Positions 36,270-46,158 of a stretch of 64,000 nt of DNA are shown here, one piece after another; within the stretch, counting starts at the first letter, position 1, and each line of letters starts with the position of its first letter. This DNA is from Alphaproteobacteria bacterium (lineage in GTDB: Bacteria; Pseudomonadota; Alphaproteobacteria; SP197): contig OZ220705.1 of NCBI GenBank assembly GCA_965116515.1, forward strand, positions 2,399,565 to 2,463,564, given 5' to 3'. Below the pieces are notes generated by a model, which had not been told where the DNA came from, did no database searches, and was given only the letters and a program-made list of their open reading frames with translations. The translations under genes and the position numbers were made by a program.

Positions 36270-38813
36270 TCAGAATGCGCGGCGCCAGCGCATCAGCAGT
36301 ATTGCCTCGTGCTCGCCCCGGACGTGTCCCGCGTCGCGCGAGGCGACCGCCGCCAGGTGCGCCTGGCCGGCCACCGCAAGGGGGCGGGACCAGATTAACT
36401 CGAGGTCGATCTGGCGGCCCGAGGGTTCCAGGTCCAGGGACGCCCGTTCGACCCATACGCTGCCGTCGGGGAGCCGGCCCGATACCCAGCTCAGCCGCGC
36501 CTCTCCCCCCTCGACGCGCAACGGCTGGGAGAGGCGCAACGCCAGCTTACCCCCGGCACGGTCCACCCCTTTGCCGACCAGGCCGAGCGCGAACGCACCG
36601 GTCCACAGCGCTGACACGTCCTCCACCATGCCGTGTCCCGAACTCCCCGCGCGACTCAGGCCCGCATGGGCGCTGGCGAGCAGGCTCCAGCGCCCGTTGA
36701 GGCGCCGATGCGCCGAGAACCCCGCCATGACGGTATCCCCGCCCAGCGCGCCGAACGCCCCGCGCGACCGGCTGCCGACCGGCCCCTGAGGCTCCGCAAG
36801 CCATCCCGCCTGCACCGCGAGACCGGGTAGCAGGGAATCGGAGAAACGGTACTCGGCAAGCACGCCCGCAGCTGCGTCGCCCTCGCCAGCCCGCCGCTCG
36901 CCGTACTGCGCCGTTCCCCGGAAGGCGGCGATACGGATTGCGGCCTCGCCGAGCGCGCCCGCATAGCCGATGCTGGCGCCGTCGCGGGCGAAGCCGGAAA
37001 AGGGATTGGCGAACGCCGCGTCGTCGGTGAACGTGCCGGAATCGACCGGGCCGCCCTCCGCCGCGCCGGAGCCGGCATGCAGGCCGAACCGCCAGCCCGG
37101 ATGGGCGCGGTAGCTGAACAGCAAGCGTCCGTTGCCGATCTTCCGTGTCAACCAAAGCGAACCGATCGCGCCGGGAGCCGGGCCGGCGGCATCCGGAACG
37201 CCCTCGCCGGTCGGGGAACCAGGCGTCGTTGCAGCGCCGGTCCCGGACGGGAAGGCATCGAGGCGCAGCCGGATCTCGCCATCTTCCGCGCGCCAGACCG
37301 CGCCGCGCGGATCGCGCCCCAGGGCCCTCAGACGGTCCCCGAGGCGCGGCCGGGCGAGCCCATCGCGCCGAAGATGGTCGCCTAGCGGACGGAAGAACGG
37401 CGCATCGAGCGCGTCGAAGCTCGCGACCTCGCGCGATGCCAGCCCCCGTGTCAGGGAGTCGCCGAAGGCTGCGCCCATGTGGAAGACGCTGGCGGCGCCC
37501 GGCGCCGAAGCACCGGACAGCGAGCCTGCGGTCAGCATCCGCGTCTCGCCCACCGGCCGGGTCGCGGCGTCGAGGTCCAGGAACCCCTGGCCGTAGGTGT
37601 CGGAGTCGGCGTATGCCCCCGACCGGTCGGCGGTGGCGAGCAGGCGCGCGACGATCTCGTCGTTGCCGAGCTGGCCGCGGAAGTGCTGAGCGAGCAGCCC
37701 GATCCCGCCGGTGACGAAAGGCGCGGCCGCGGACGTGCCGGCCTCCTCGAAGGCGAGGTAGCATTCCGGTGTGCCGGCCGGACAGTAGTAGCCGGGCACC
37801 GGACCGGCGACATCCACGCCCAGCGCGGCCAGGCAGAAGGCCTTCGCGATGCCGCAACGACTGGAGAACGGTGCGATCCGGCCTTCCCGGTCCGTCGCCA
37901 CCACCGCCAGCGAATGGCCGCGCAGCTCCGGAATCCGCACCGGCAGCCCGGCCGCAATCTCGACCGAGCTTGCGGGGTCGGCGGAGCCGTTGGGATCGCC
38001 TTCTCCGCCGGCATTGCCGGCCGCCCAGACATAGATCGTGCGTGCGCCGGCCGGGGTGTCGGCTTGCGCGATGGCCTCGATCACGTTGGAAAAGCGCCCG
38101 CGCAGTTCCCCGGCATCGAAGTCCTCGATGTTCCCGGGCAGGCCGAAGCTGGCATTGATGGCCGTTGCTCGGCCGTTCAGTCGTTGGAAGGCCGAGGCGA
38201 TCTGTCTCTCGAGGCCAGCCTCGAGGTTGCGGATCAAGTTCGGAAGGTCGCGGACCTGATCGGGCGTGGGGTTCTCGCCGAGGATGTCCTCAAGGTGTTC
38301 GCCGACGTCGCGGAAGCCCACCGAGATCACGTCGGCGTCGAACGCGACGCCATGGATCGCCGATGCGCTTCCGGCGTTCACATCGGCGGTCGCACCCCGG
38401 CTGGCCGCCATGATGCCGGCGACGAAGGTGCCGTGCCCTTCCAGGCTCTGGCAGGTGCCGTGGGCGTCCAGGTTGTCGCAGGCATCGAAGTCGGGGTCGT
38501 AGCCCTCGACGTTGGCACTCTCCAGCTTGCCCGCGAACTTCGCATGGCCCGGATCGACCCCGCTATCGACGATACCGAGCGTGACCCCTTCGCCGGTCGC
38601 GCCCCGCGCATAGGCATGGTGCGCCTTGATCCGGGCCAGGCCGTACTGGTTGCGGAACTCCGGGTGCTCCGCGTACGCGCGCCGACGCTCCGCCTCGGAT
38701 TCCGGAATCCCGGGTTCCGCCAGGACCGGGTGCATGGAAGACCTGTCCCCTGTTCCTGCGCAGGCCGTGACGATCAGTGCCAGCCCGGCCGCCAGCATCC
38801 ACATCCGACCCAT
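36270..38813 (-). CDS. Subtilisin-like (S8) serine protease autotransporter with a lipoprotein signal (NalP/SphB1-like architecture).
   Basis: Lipobox LIVTAC. S8 catalytic triad context (GIVDSGVD ... HGTFVAGIMAA ... GTSAAAPFVTGG). C-terminal beta-barrel translocator ending ...MRWRRAF. Confidence 0.85.
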   Translation of the reverse strand: MGRMWMLAAGLALIVTACAGTGDRSSMHPVLAEPGIPESEAERRRAYAEHPEFRNQYGLARIKAHHAYARGATGEGVTLGIVDSGVDPGHAKFAGKLESANVEGYDPDFDACDNLDAHGTCQSLEGHGTFVAGIMAASRGATADVNAGSASAIHGVAFDADVISVGFRDVGEHLEDILGENPTPDQVRDLPNLIRNLEAGLERQIASAFQRLNGRATAINASFGLPGNIEDFDAGELRGRFSNVIEAIAQADTPAGARTIYVWAAGNAGGEGDPNGSADPASSVEIAAGLPVRIPELRGHSLAVVATDREGRIAPFSSRCGIAKAFCLAALGVDVAGPVPGYYCPAGTPECYLAFEEAGTSAAAPFVTGGIGLLAQHFRGQLGNDEIVARLLATADRSGAYADSDTYGQGFLDLDAATRPVGETRMLTAGSLSGASAPGAASVFHMGAAFGDSLTRGLASREVASFDALDAPFFRPLGDHLRRDGLARPRLGDRLRALGRDPRGAVWRAEDGEIRLRLDAFPSGTGAATTPGSPTGEGVPDAAGPAPGAIGSLWLTRKIGNGRLLFSYRAHPGWRFGLHAGSGAAEGGPVDSGTFTDDAAFANPFSGFARDGASIGYAGALGEAAIRIAAFRGTAQYGERRAGEGDAAAGVLAEYRFSDSLLPGLAVQAGWLAEPQGPVGSRSRGAFGALGGDTVMAGFSAHRRLNGRWSLLASAHAGLSRAGSSGHGMVEDVSALWTGAFALGLVGKGVDRAGGKLALRLSQPLRVEGGEARLSWVSGRLPDGSVWVERASLDLEPSGRQIDLELIWSRPLAVAGQAHLAAVASRDAGHVRGEHEAILLMRWRRAF

Positions 38814-39000
38814 CTGTCCTCCGAGCGAGTCCCGGCGATTCGCACCGCCGCGATGGTAATCCCATCAACATGCGCCCGGCAATCCCGGTGCGGTTGATCC
38901 GCGCTCGCGGTGGTGATGGTGTCGGCACCGCGAGCGCTGGCATCGGAGACGCGGTGCGCGGCATCGCAACGGTAGGGGCCGTTCCGTCGGAGGCACGACG

Positions 39001-39219
39001 ATGTGGCTGACCAACTACGCGCTTCGGGTGCTGATGTACATCACCGTCAACGGCGAGGGGCTCGCCACGATCCGGGAGACTGCGGAGCGCTACGGCATCT
39101 TGAACAGCCACCTGACCCGGGTGGACCGGGACCTCGGCCGCGCCGGGTTCGGCGAGACGGTTCGCGGTCGGGGCGGCGGGCTGAGGCTGGCGAGGTCGGC
39201 ACCGACACTATTGATCTAA
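39001..39219 (+). pseudogene. N-terminal fragment (72 aa) of an Rrf2-family transcriptional regulator, truncated at a junction with an integrase fragment.
   Basis: MWLTNYALRVLMYITVNGEGLATIRETAERYGILNSHLTRVDRDL matches the Rrf2 wHTH; the ORF stops exactly where integrase-derived sequence begins. Confidence 0.6.
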
Positions 39220-39473
39220 CTGACGGCAAGACAGGACCACGGAAAGTCTACCTTAACAGCGAAGCCCGAGGGATCATCGAACGCCAACCCCGAACGGGCA
39301 GCGATCATGTCTTCCCCTCGCCCTTCGATCCAACGTCGCCGATATCGGCGGGATCCATGCAACTCTGGTTCACCCTCCGCAAACGGGCCTGCATTGAGGA
39401 CGTGCGTCTCCATGATTTGAGGCATTATTCCCGGATTCGGCTTATTCCGGGTATCCTGGGCATGAACTCTTGA
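39210..39473 (+). pseudogene. 3' fragment of a tyrosine integrase gene, homologous to nt 27330-27560 of integrase 2.
   Basis: Encodes ...DGKTGPRKVYLNSEARGIIERQPRTGSDHVFPS...MQLWFTLRKRACIEDVRLHDLRH then diverges. About 80% nucleotide identity to the integrase-2 segment. Confidence 0.7.
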
Positions 39474-39553
39474 ATCGGCGTGACTTCAACATGTTGTGCT
39501 GGTTGATGAGGGTTGAAGTTCCGGGATAATCCGGTGGTCTTCTCCTGCTGGCA

Positions 39554-39850
39554 ATGTCGCCAGCGAAAAGGAGAAGAGCGATGTCAATAGAGTATTACTT
39601 CCCCAGCCGAACCAGCCAGCGGTGGTTGGGTGTCGGTCCACTGGCCGAGGATCTCGACCAGTTCGCCGCGTCCCTTGCGGCACAGCGATATGCCCGCCAA
39701 TCGGCGGCAAGCAAGCTGCGGCTCGTGCGCAATCTCAGTCGGTGGCTCGAGCACCAGGGCCTGGGGATCGAAGCACTTGACGAACCGCGCAGCCGCCTGC
39801 GTTCCGGGCGCGCTTATCGGCGCACGCCATGCTTCACCAACGCGCGGTGA
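39554..39850 (+). pseudogene. Possible N-terminal (SAM-like domain) fragment of another tyrosine recombinase, truncated by the end of the giant autotransporter gene.
   Basis: Weak similarity to phage-integrase N-terminal core-binding domains; the ORF runs into the opposite-strand giant CDS. Confidence 0.3.
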
Positions 39851-42800
39851 TCTCGAACCCGACCGTGTGCTCCGGCGCAGTCCAGTCGTTCTTGCTGCGC
39901 GTCGCGCGTACGCTGAACGACAGATCCGGCGCGTCCGCTTCCGGCGTCAGCCGCCAGCCGAGGCTGTAGTCGCGCTGGTCGGCGGCAAGACCGAGCCCGG
40001 CATGCGGACTGCCGGTCCAGCGCTCGCCGAGGGCCGGCAACCCCCAGGCCGCCTCCAGCGTCCAGCGGGACGCGGCCTCGCTGCCCGCGCGATCCTCCAG
40101 CATCGCCGGCTGGAACAGCGCGTCGAGGCCGCCGGTGGCCTGCCCGCCGAACTCCTGGCGCAGGCTCAGCGACGGACCCCGCCCGCTCGCCGGGTCCGGA
40201 TCGAAGGCAAGCGAGGCCGCATAGCCCCGGTCCTTCAGGTCGTCGTTGCCGTGCGCGATCAGCGTGCGGCCCGAGACGTCGAGCGACAGGCCCAGCGCCG
40301 GGTCGCTCCACGCGATCCCGCCGCCGATCTCGACCCCGAAGCCGGTCTCGGCGTCGCCGCCGTCATGGCGCGCGCCGATCTCCAGCTTCGGCACAAGGCT
40401 GCCGCCGCCTTCAAGGGCCATGCGGTAGCTGCCCTCCAGGCCGAGCCTGAGCCGGGTCGCGTCGGAGTCCGACGTCGCGAGGTCGCGGGTCTTCTCAGAC
40501 GAGGTCCGCGTCCACAGCGCGTCCGAGGTCACCGCCAAGGCGGGACCGCTGCCCTCCGCCGGGAGCGCCAGCAGGTCGCCCCTGAGGCCCGCCGCCGCCA
40601 TGCTCCAGCTGGTGTCGGACTTGTAGCTGCCGCCGAGCGCGGTCTTCAGCGTCACCTCGCCCGTGCCATAGCCCGCCGCGCCCCAGAGCTTCAGACGCTC
40701 CGAAGCCTGCAACGCCGCATAGGGGATCGCCGCCGTCAGCGACGCCTCCACACTGCCGTCGCCCGCGCGCAGGGCGCCGCTGCAAAGACCGCTGTCCACG
40801 CCGTCGGGACAGCTCTGGCCGTCGGGACGGGGGCTGACATCGCTGTCGCGGTAATCGCCCTCGCCCGCGCTCTGCACGAGCGCCAGGCCGACCAGCCACT
40901 TGCCCCGGACATAGTCCGCGCCCAGCATGCCGGTGGTGACCGTGCCGTCGAGCGAGAACGTCCCCTCGCGGCCGTCGAAGCTGCTCTGCGCCGCCCGGCC
41001 CCAGAACGCCATGCTGCCGCCCGAGCCGTCCGCCGCGCCGGTCAGCGAGAAACTCGAGCCCAGCAGCGCCTCGCGGCCCGTCATGCCGCGCGATTGCGGC
41101 TGCATTCCGTCGAAGCCGCTGCCGAACCCGGCCGCGTCATGACCGAAGCCGCCCGGGCCGGACTGGCCGCCGAACGCCTGCACGACATCGGCCAGCGCCC
41201 GCGCGCCGGTCCCGCCCGGAACAGCGGCGCCGTCCGGCGCATGAGCCGGAGCCGCACTGCCGTTGGCGGCCGGATCGGACGAGAGCGCCTGCCCGGCGAT
41301 CGAGCCCTGCATGCCGGGTGTGCGGTCCGCCGCCATGCGGCCCGCGATCCCGTCCAGCGCCTGCTCCGCAACCGTGCGGGCGAACCGCGCCAGCCACGCC
41401 GCCGGCATCGGGTCGTCGTTCACAATCGTCCCCACCCCCACCGCGTCCGCAATCGGCGCCCCGCTCGCGCTCCACAGCACGAACTCGAACGTCTCCGCCT
41501 CCTCGTCATGGGAGTCGTCGTAGATGTACACCCACACCCGCTTCTCGGTCTCGCCCGCGCGAAAGCCGAGATTCCAGCTGTTGGCAAGGTAGTCCACGTT
41601 CGCTTGCGCCGACACAGGCGTCGACTCGCGGGTTCGGTAGTGCACCGTCACCGGGCGCTCCGACGGGGCGCTGAGCCGGATGGTGAACCACATCAGCCCT
41701 TCGCCTTCCTTCACCGTCGCGTCGGCCACCGAGAGCACCGGACCCGCCGCCGCGTCGTCGTCCGACACCGACACCGTCGCCGCGCCCCGCGAGGACGAGA
41801 CCGTGTAGCCGTCGCCGTCCTTCAGCGTCACCGTGACCGAGCCGTCCGGCTCGTCCACCGCATCGTCCACCGTGGGAACGGAGAAGACCGCCCGGGTCGC
41901 GTCCTTCGCGATCGTCACGCTCCGCGAACCCTCGTCGTCCGCCGCCACATGGTCGCTGCCCGCGGCCTCCGTGACCGAAAGGGTCACCGTCAGATCCGCA
42001 TCCGGCGCGCGGTCCGCGGTCAGCGTGAACGGCGCCGCGCCGCCCTCCGTCACCGACGCCGCATCCGCCGTAATCGACACCGCGGGCGGCGGCAGGTCGT
42101 CGTCTTCGATGGACACGCTGCCAGACGCGGAGGAGCCCACCGTGTAGCCGGCGCCGGCCGCCACCGAGACCGTGACCGAGCCGTCCGGCTCGTCCACCGC
42201 ATCGTCCGCCGTGGGAACGGAGAAGACCGTCCGGGTCTCGCCTTTCGCAATCACGACCGTCGCCGTGCCCTCGTCGTCCGCCGCCACATGGTCGCTGCCC
42301 GCGGCCTCCGTGACCGAAAGGGTCACCGTCAGATCCGCATCCGGCGCGCGGTCCGCGGTCAGCGTGAACGGCGCCGCGCCGCCCTCCGTCACCGACGCCG
42401 CATCCGCCGTAATCGACACCGCGGGCGGCGGCAGGTCGTCGTCTTCGATGGACACGCTGCCAGACGCGGAGGAGCCCACCGTGTAGCCGGCGCCGGCCGC
42501 CACCGAGACCGTGACCGAGCCGTCCGGCTCGTCCACCGCATCGTCCGCCGTGGGAACGGAGAAGACCGTCCGGGTCTCGCCTTTCGCAATCACGACCGTC
42601 GCCGTGCCCTCGTCGTCCGCCGCCACATGGTCGCTGCCCGCGGCCTCCGTGACCGTGAGCGTCACCGTCAGGTCCGCATCATGTGCGCGGTCCGCGGTCA
42701 CCGTGAACGACGCCGCGCCGCCCTCCGTCACCGACGCCGCAGTCGCCGTAATCGACACCGCAGGCGGCGGCAGGTCGTCGTCCGCTATGGACACGCTGCC

Positions 42801-45800
42801 CGATGCAGGGTCGCCCACCGTGTAGCCGTCGCCGGCCGCCACCGTCACGCTCACCGAGCCGTCGGGCTCGTCCGTCTCGTCCCCGGTCGTCGTCAGTGTC
42901 AGCGTGGCGCTGCCCGTCGTCGGAATCTTCACCGATCGGCTGCCCGCGGTCACGCCGAACTCGCCGGCAGTCGCCACGGTCACCGTCACCGCAAGGTCCG
43001 CCGCGGGCGCCGGGTTCGCCGTCACCGTGAACACCGCATCCCCGCCTTCCGTGACGTCCGCACCCGCCGAGACGCTCACCGCCGGCAGGGTCACGGGCGC
43101 CGCTTCCAGCGCCTCCAGCGCAGCGGCCACCGGAACCCACCGTTGCCAGCCTCGGTCCGCATGGGTCTGCGCCTCCGCCGCCGTCATCGCCGTGTAGCCG
43201 TAGCCGTTGTCGTCGCCGAACGCGGCCAGAACCCGCTTCCAGCGGTCCACATGCTCCTGGCCGTGATGCGTCTCCGCCGCATAGCCTCGAACCTGCGCCA
43301 CCAGCGCGGGGTCCACGCCCGGGGTCACGGGATCGGTCACGACCGAATCCGGCACGTTCTGCGTCTTGACCCCGTCGTCGTCCAGCAGCGCCACCGTCAC
43401 CTCGAACGGCTTGCCGACCGTATAGCCGTCGCCTGCCTCGATGCGCCCCACGACCGTGCCGTCGGCCAGGGCGTCGTCGTCCGATATCGTCGTAAGAGTC
43501 CATGTCGCCGAGGTGATCTCCGCCCGGATCGTCACCGTCCCGAGATGCCCGCCGCCGGTGCGGTCGTCCCCCGAGCCCATCTCCTCGTCCGCCGCCACGT
43601 TCACCACGAGATCGCCCGCCGGCGCCGGGTCCGCCGTCACCGTGAAGGTTACGTCGCCGCCCTCCGTCACCGAGGCCCGGTCCGCCGAGATCGTCACCGC
43701 CGGGGGCGTCGCCTCGACCTGCCGGCTCGGCGGGGCGCCAAAGTCCACCACATGCACGAGAGTCCGGCTTTTGTCGCTGTCGAGCGTCGCATGGCTCGGG
43801 CTCGACAGGGTTACGTAAAAGAACTCGGGGTCTTCCGCCACGTTGTCGATGGTGAGCGGAATATCGATCGTCTTCTCCGTCTCCGACGGCCCGAAGGTGA
43901 GGGTGCCCGAGGTATCGGTGTAGTCGCCGGGAGCCGCGGCCGTGGCGCCAACGGTCGCGTATCGAACCGTGACGTTCCTGTTGGTGGCGCCGGTCTTCGT
44001 GACCGTGACGGTGACCGTACCGTGGTGGCGCTCGTGCACGGCGTGGGAGCCGCTCGCGAACCCGATGACGGGAGGGGGGTCGTCGTCGTTCACTGTTATG
44101 AAAGAGGCGTCAAGTTCGGGAAAGAAAAATATTCCAGGATCCAAAGTCGCCCCACTCGGGTTCGTCAGGGCCACATAGAACATCTCGTTCGGCTCATCCG
44201 CGTCGTCGTTGACGATCGGCACCGTGACGGTCTTCTCCGTCTCCCCCGATGCGAAGCTCAGGGTGCCCGAGATATGGGTGAAGTCGGCGGGTGCGGTGGC
44301 TCTGCCGGGGCTTCCGGGTGGGTCAACGAATTCAATGGTCTCATAGTCCACCGTGGCGGCGCCGGCGCCGTTCTTCGTGATCGTGACGGTGACCGCGCCT
44401 TCGTCTTCCCGTACGCTATGAAACCGAGACTTGAACTTGATGAGGGGCGCCGGAGGATGGTTCCTTATTGTCACGAAAGCTCGATTCTCGCCGAGTTGCT
44501 GGTAATACCCGTCACGCAGGGCTACGCCGAATACCTCGTCGGTCTCGACCACGCCGTCGTCGACGATCGGAACGGTGAAGGACTTCACCGTCTCCCCTGC
44601 CGCGAAAGTCAGGGTGCCCTCAACGATGGGGCGGTCGTGGGGCGGTTCGGCGAAGGGCTCGCCCCTGGCAATGGTCAGATACTCAACCTCGCCGGCGCCG
44701 GGGCCGATCTTCCGGACCGAGATGACGGCCGGGCCCTGGTCTTCCCGTACGTAATAGTGCGCGGACGTGAACTCGAAGAAGGGCTGCTTGATTCTCACCG
44801 TCGCAACGCGCTTCGGACCGAGGGCCGCCCCGCTCGGGTTCGACAGGGTAATGGTGAAGTTCTCGTCGCTCTCCGCCGCGCGCCCCTCCGGCGTGACGTT
44901 GTTGACGATCGCAACGGTGACGGTCTTCTCCGTCTCCCCCGATGCGAAGCTCAGGGTGCCCGAGGCGGCGGCGTAGTCGGCAGGCGCGGTGGCCGAGCCG
45001 TTAGAGGTCGCATAGTCCACCGTGGCGGCGCCGCCGCCGAATTTCACGACCCTGACGACGGCCGCGAGTCCTTCGCCCGTGTCTATGGCGTCCCGCTTGA
45101 ACTCGATGAGGGGCGTGTTCCCGTCGTTGTCGTTCACCGCCACGAAAAGCGTGCCCGTGACGGAACCGTAGTCCGCGCCCGATGCGGTGTGCGTCAGCGT
45201 CACGCGGTCCCAGGTGCCGTCGGTATCCTCGCCCGCGCGGAGAGTTACCGTCCGAGGCCTGTGCCAGTTCGACGTGGTGAAGGTCAGCGTGTTCTGGTCG
45301 CCGGCCATGCCGCCGTTGGTGTCCACCGTCACGTCCGTGCCGGAAGCGCCGCCCACCGTCACCGTTACGGCGCCGCCTGCGGGCCTGCTGTTCAGCCTGA
45401 CCGTGTAGGAGGCGCTGCCGCCCTCCGCCACTGTGAGCCTTTCAGCGGGCGACAGGATCAGGCCCGTAGGCCGTGTGGGATGGACCCACACAGAACTTCC
45501 CCACGGCCTTGCGGACCCAGGGCAGACACCCCCTCCATCGGTTGCATTCGACAGGAACACGCGGAAGTGTCCCGGCGCCCCGGAGACCGGCACGGTGAAG
45601 CTCTTCGACGTCTCCCCCTCCGCGAACCGCAGGGTGCCCGCGGTATGGGTGTAGTCGCCGGGCGCGGCGAGCGTGCCGTTCCCGGTCTCATAGTCCACCG
45701 AGGCGGCGCGGGTGGCGGTCCTGGTGACCGTGACGGTGGCCTCGCCTGCTTCGTTGGTCCAGATACCGAAGGAATCCGACGCGAAGTCGAAGACGACGGC

Positions 45801-46064
45801 GGCTGCGATGTTGACGGGCGGGGCGACCGACGGGACCGGGGTGGGGCTTCCGCAAAGGGAAACGGACTGGGCCGCCGCCCCAGGGGCCGTGCCCGCCAGC
45901 AGCGGCAGGCACAGCAGAGCGGCAAGCAACCCCCGGCGCAACCGACGCACACCCTCACGGCCATGGAGGCGCGCGGAAGCGGGACTGCCGGAGGAAGAAC
46001 ACTCAGGCGGGGAGGATGGACGGCAGCAACGGCGCAGCCGTGCGGGAACGCTCATGGCCGTCAC
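39834..46064 (-). CDS. Giant (2076 aa) Calx-beta-repeat autotransporter / adhesin-like surface protein with an extended signal peptide and a C-terminal beta-barrel.
   Basis: Multiple Calx-beta-like units (VDYATSNGSATAPADY...GTLSFASGETEKTVTV). C-terminal translocator ending ...GFEITARW. The opposite-strand 2167-aa ORF is an Arg-rich antisense artefact. Confidence 0.85.
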   Translation of the reverse strand: MTAMSVPARLRRCCRPSSPPECSSSGSPASARLHGREGVRRLRRGLLAALLCLPLLAGTAPGAAAQSVSLCGSPTPVPSVAPPVNIAAAVVFDFASDSFGIWTNEAGEATVTVTRTATRAASVDYETGNGTLAAPGDYTHTAGTLRFAEGETSKSFTVPVSGAPGHFRVFLSNATDGGGVCPGSARPWGSSVWVHPTRPTGLILSPAERLTVAEGGSASYTVRLNSRPAGGAVTVTVGGASGTDVTVDTNGGMAGDQNTLTFTTSNWHRPRTVTLRAGEDTDGTWDRVTLTHTASGADYGSVTGTLFVAVNDNDGNTPLIEFKRDAIDTGEGLAAVVRVVKFGGGAATVDYATSNGSATAPADYAAASGTLSFASGETEKTVTVAIVNNVTPEGRAAESDENFTITLSNPSGAALGPKRVATVRIKQPFFEFTSAHYYVREDQGPAVISVRKIGPGAGEVEYLTIARGEPFAEPPHDRPIVEGTLTFAAGETVKSFTVPIVDDGVVETDEVFGVALRDGYYQQLGENRAFVTIRNHPPAPLIKFKSRFHSVREDEGAVTVTITKNGAGAATVDYETIEFVDPPGSPGRATAPADFTHISGTLSFASGETEKTVTVPIVNDDADEPNEMFYVALTNPSGATLDPGIFFFPELDASFITVNDDDPPPVIGFASGSHAVHERHHGTVTVTVTKTGATNRNVTVRYATVGATAAAPGDYTDTSGTLTFGPSETEKTIDIPLTIDNVAEDPEFFYVTLSSPSHATLDSDKSRTLVHVVDFGAPPSRQVEATPPAVTISADRASVTEGGDVTFTVTADPAPAGDLVVNVAADEEMGSGDDRTGGGHLGTVTIRAEITSATWTLTTISDDDALADGTVVGRIEAGDGYTVGKPFEVTVALLDDDGVKTQNVPDSVVTDPVTPGVDPALVAQVRGYAAETHHGQEHVDRWKRVLAAFGDDNGYGYTAMTAAEAQTHADRGWQRWVPVAAALEALEAAPVTLPAVSVSAGADVTEGGDAVFTVTANPAPAADLAVTVTVATAGEFGVTAGSRSVKIPTTGSATLTLTTTGDETDEPDGSVSVTVAAGDGYTVGDPASGSVSIADDDLPPPAVSITATAASVTEGGAASFTVTADRAHDADLTVTLTVTEAAGSDHVAADDEGTATVVIAKGETRTVFSVPTADDAVDEPDGSVTVSVAAGAGYTVGSSASGSVSIEDDDLPPPAVSITADAASVTEGGAAPFTLTADRAPDADLTVTLSVTEAAGSDHVAADDEGTATVVIAKGETRTVFSVPTADDAVDEPDGSVTVSVAAGAGYTVGSSASGSVSIEDDDLPPPAVSITADAASVTEGGAAPFTLTADRAPDADLTVTLSVTEAAGSDHVAADDEGSRSVTIAKDATRAVFSVPTVDDAVDEPDGSVTVTLKDGDGYTVSSSRGAATVSVSDDDAAAGPVLSVADATVKEGEGLMWFTIRLSAPSERPVTVHYRTRESTPVSAQANVDYLANSWNLGFRAGETEKRVWVYIYDDSHDEEAETFEFVLWSASGAPIADAVGVGTIVNDDPMPAAWLARFARTVAEQALDGIAGRMAADRTPGMQGSIAGQALSSDPAANGSAAPAHAPDGAAVPGGTGARALADVVQAFGGQSGPGGFGHDAAGFGSGFDGMQPQSRGMTGREALLGSSFSLTGAADGSGGSMAFWGRAAQSSFDGREGTFSLDGTVTTGMLGADYVRGKWLVGLALVQSAGEGDYRDSDVSPRPDGQSCPDGVDSGLCSGALRAGDGSVEASLTAAIPYAALQASERLKLWGAAGYGTGEVTLKTALGGSYKSDTSWSMAAAGLRGDLLALPAEGSGPALAVTSDALWTRTSSEKTRDLATSDSDATRLRLGLEGSYRMALEGGGSLVPKLEIGARHDGGDAETGFGVEIGGGIAWSDPALGLSLDVSGRTLIAHGNDDLKDRGYAASLAFDPDPASGRGPSLSLRQEFGGQATGGLDALFQPAMLEDRAGSEAASRWTLEAAWGLPALGERWTGSPHAGLGLAADQRDYSLGWRLTPEADAPDLSFSVRATRSKNDWTAPEHTVGFEITARW
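41830..42850 (-). repeat. Three near-identical 339-bp (113-aa) in-frame tandem repeats inside the giant autotransporter gene, flanked by more diverged copies.
   Basis: Exact 339-bp periodicity visible in the sequence (for example, identical >300-nt blocks starting near 41960 and 42299). Protein repeats PPPAVSITA(T/D)AASVTEGGAA...SVSIEDDDL. Confidence 0.85.
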
Positions 46065-46080
46065 GCGGACGCAGCAAGGG

Positions 46081-46125
46081 CGACCCGGCGACCCGGCGAC
46101 CCGGCGACCCGGCGACCCGGCGACC
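46081..46125 (-). repeat. Simple sequence repeat, an 8-bp unit (CGACCCGG / GTCGCCGG) x5.6, located 17-62 bp upstream of the giant autotransporter start codon.
   Basis: cgacccggcgacccggcgacccggcgacccggcgacccggcgacc read directly. Confidence 0.9.
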
Positions 46126-46126
46126 T

Positions 46127-46158
46127 ATTATAGCGTCCGCACCGTCCCCGATTGTCAA
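46127..46158 (-). promoter_or_regulatory. Putative sigma70 promoter of the giant autotransporter gene: perfect TTGACA and TATAAT hexamers with a 20-nt spacer, immediately upstream of the 8-bp SSR.
   Basis: Minus strand reads gcTTGACAatcggggacggtgcggacgcTATAATag. The spacer is longer than the optimal 17 bp. Confidence 0.4.

Noticed and set aside
36547-38897. Alternative-frame ORFs (436 aa minus, 472 aa plus) over the S8 autotransporter
   Set aside because: Arg-rich low-complexity translations; only the 847-aa minus frame shows the S8 triad, lipobox and beta-barrel.
39630-46133. 2167-aa ORF on the plus strand across the giant autotransporter locus
   Set aside because: It is extremely Arg/His/Gly-rich and low-complexity and mirrors the minus-strand Calx-beta coding frame (antisense of a GC-rich gene). 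The minus-strand protein has real domains, a signal peptide and a beta-barrel terminus.
46078-46133. Peptide repeat GDPATRRP x5 seen in plus-strand ORFs
   Set aside because: It is simply the translation of the 8-bp x5 DNA SSR in the promoter/leader of the minus-strand gene, not a protein repeat.
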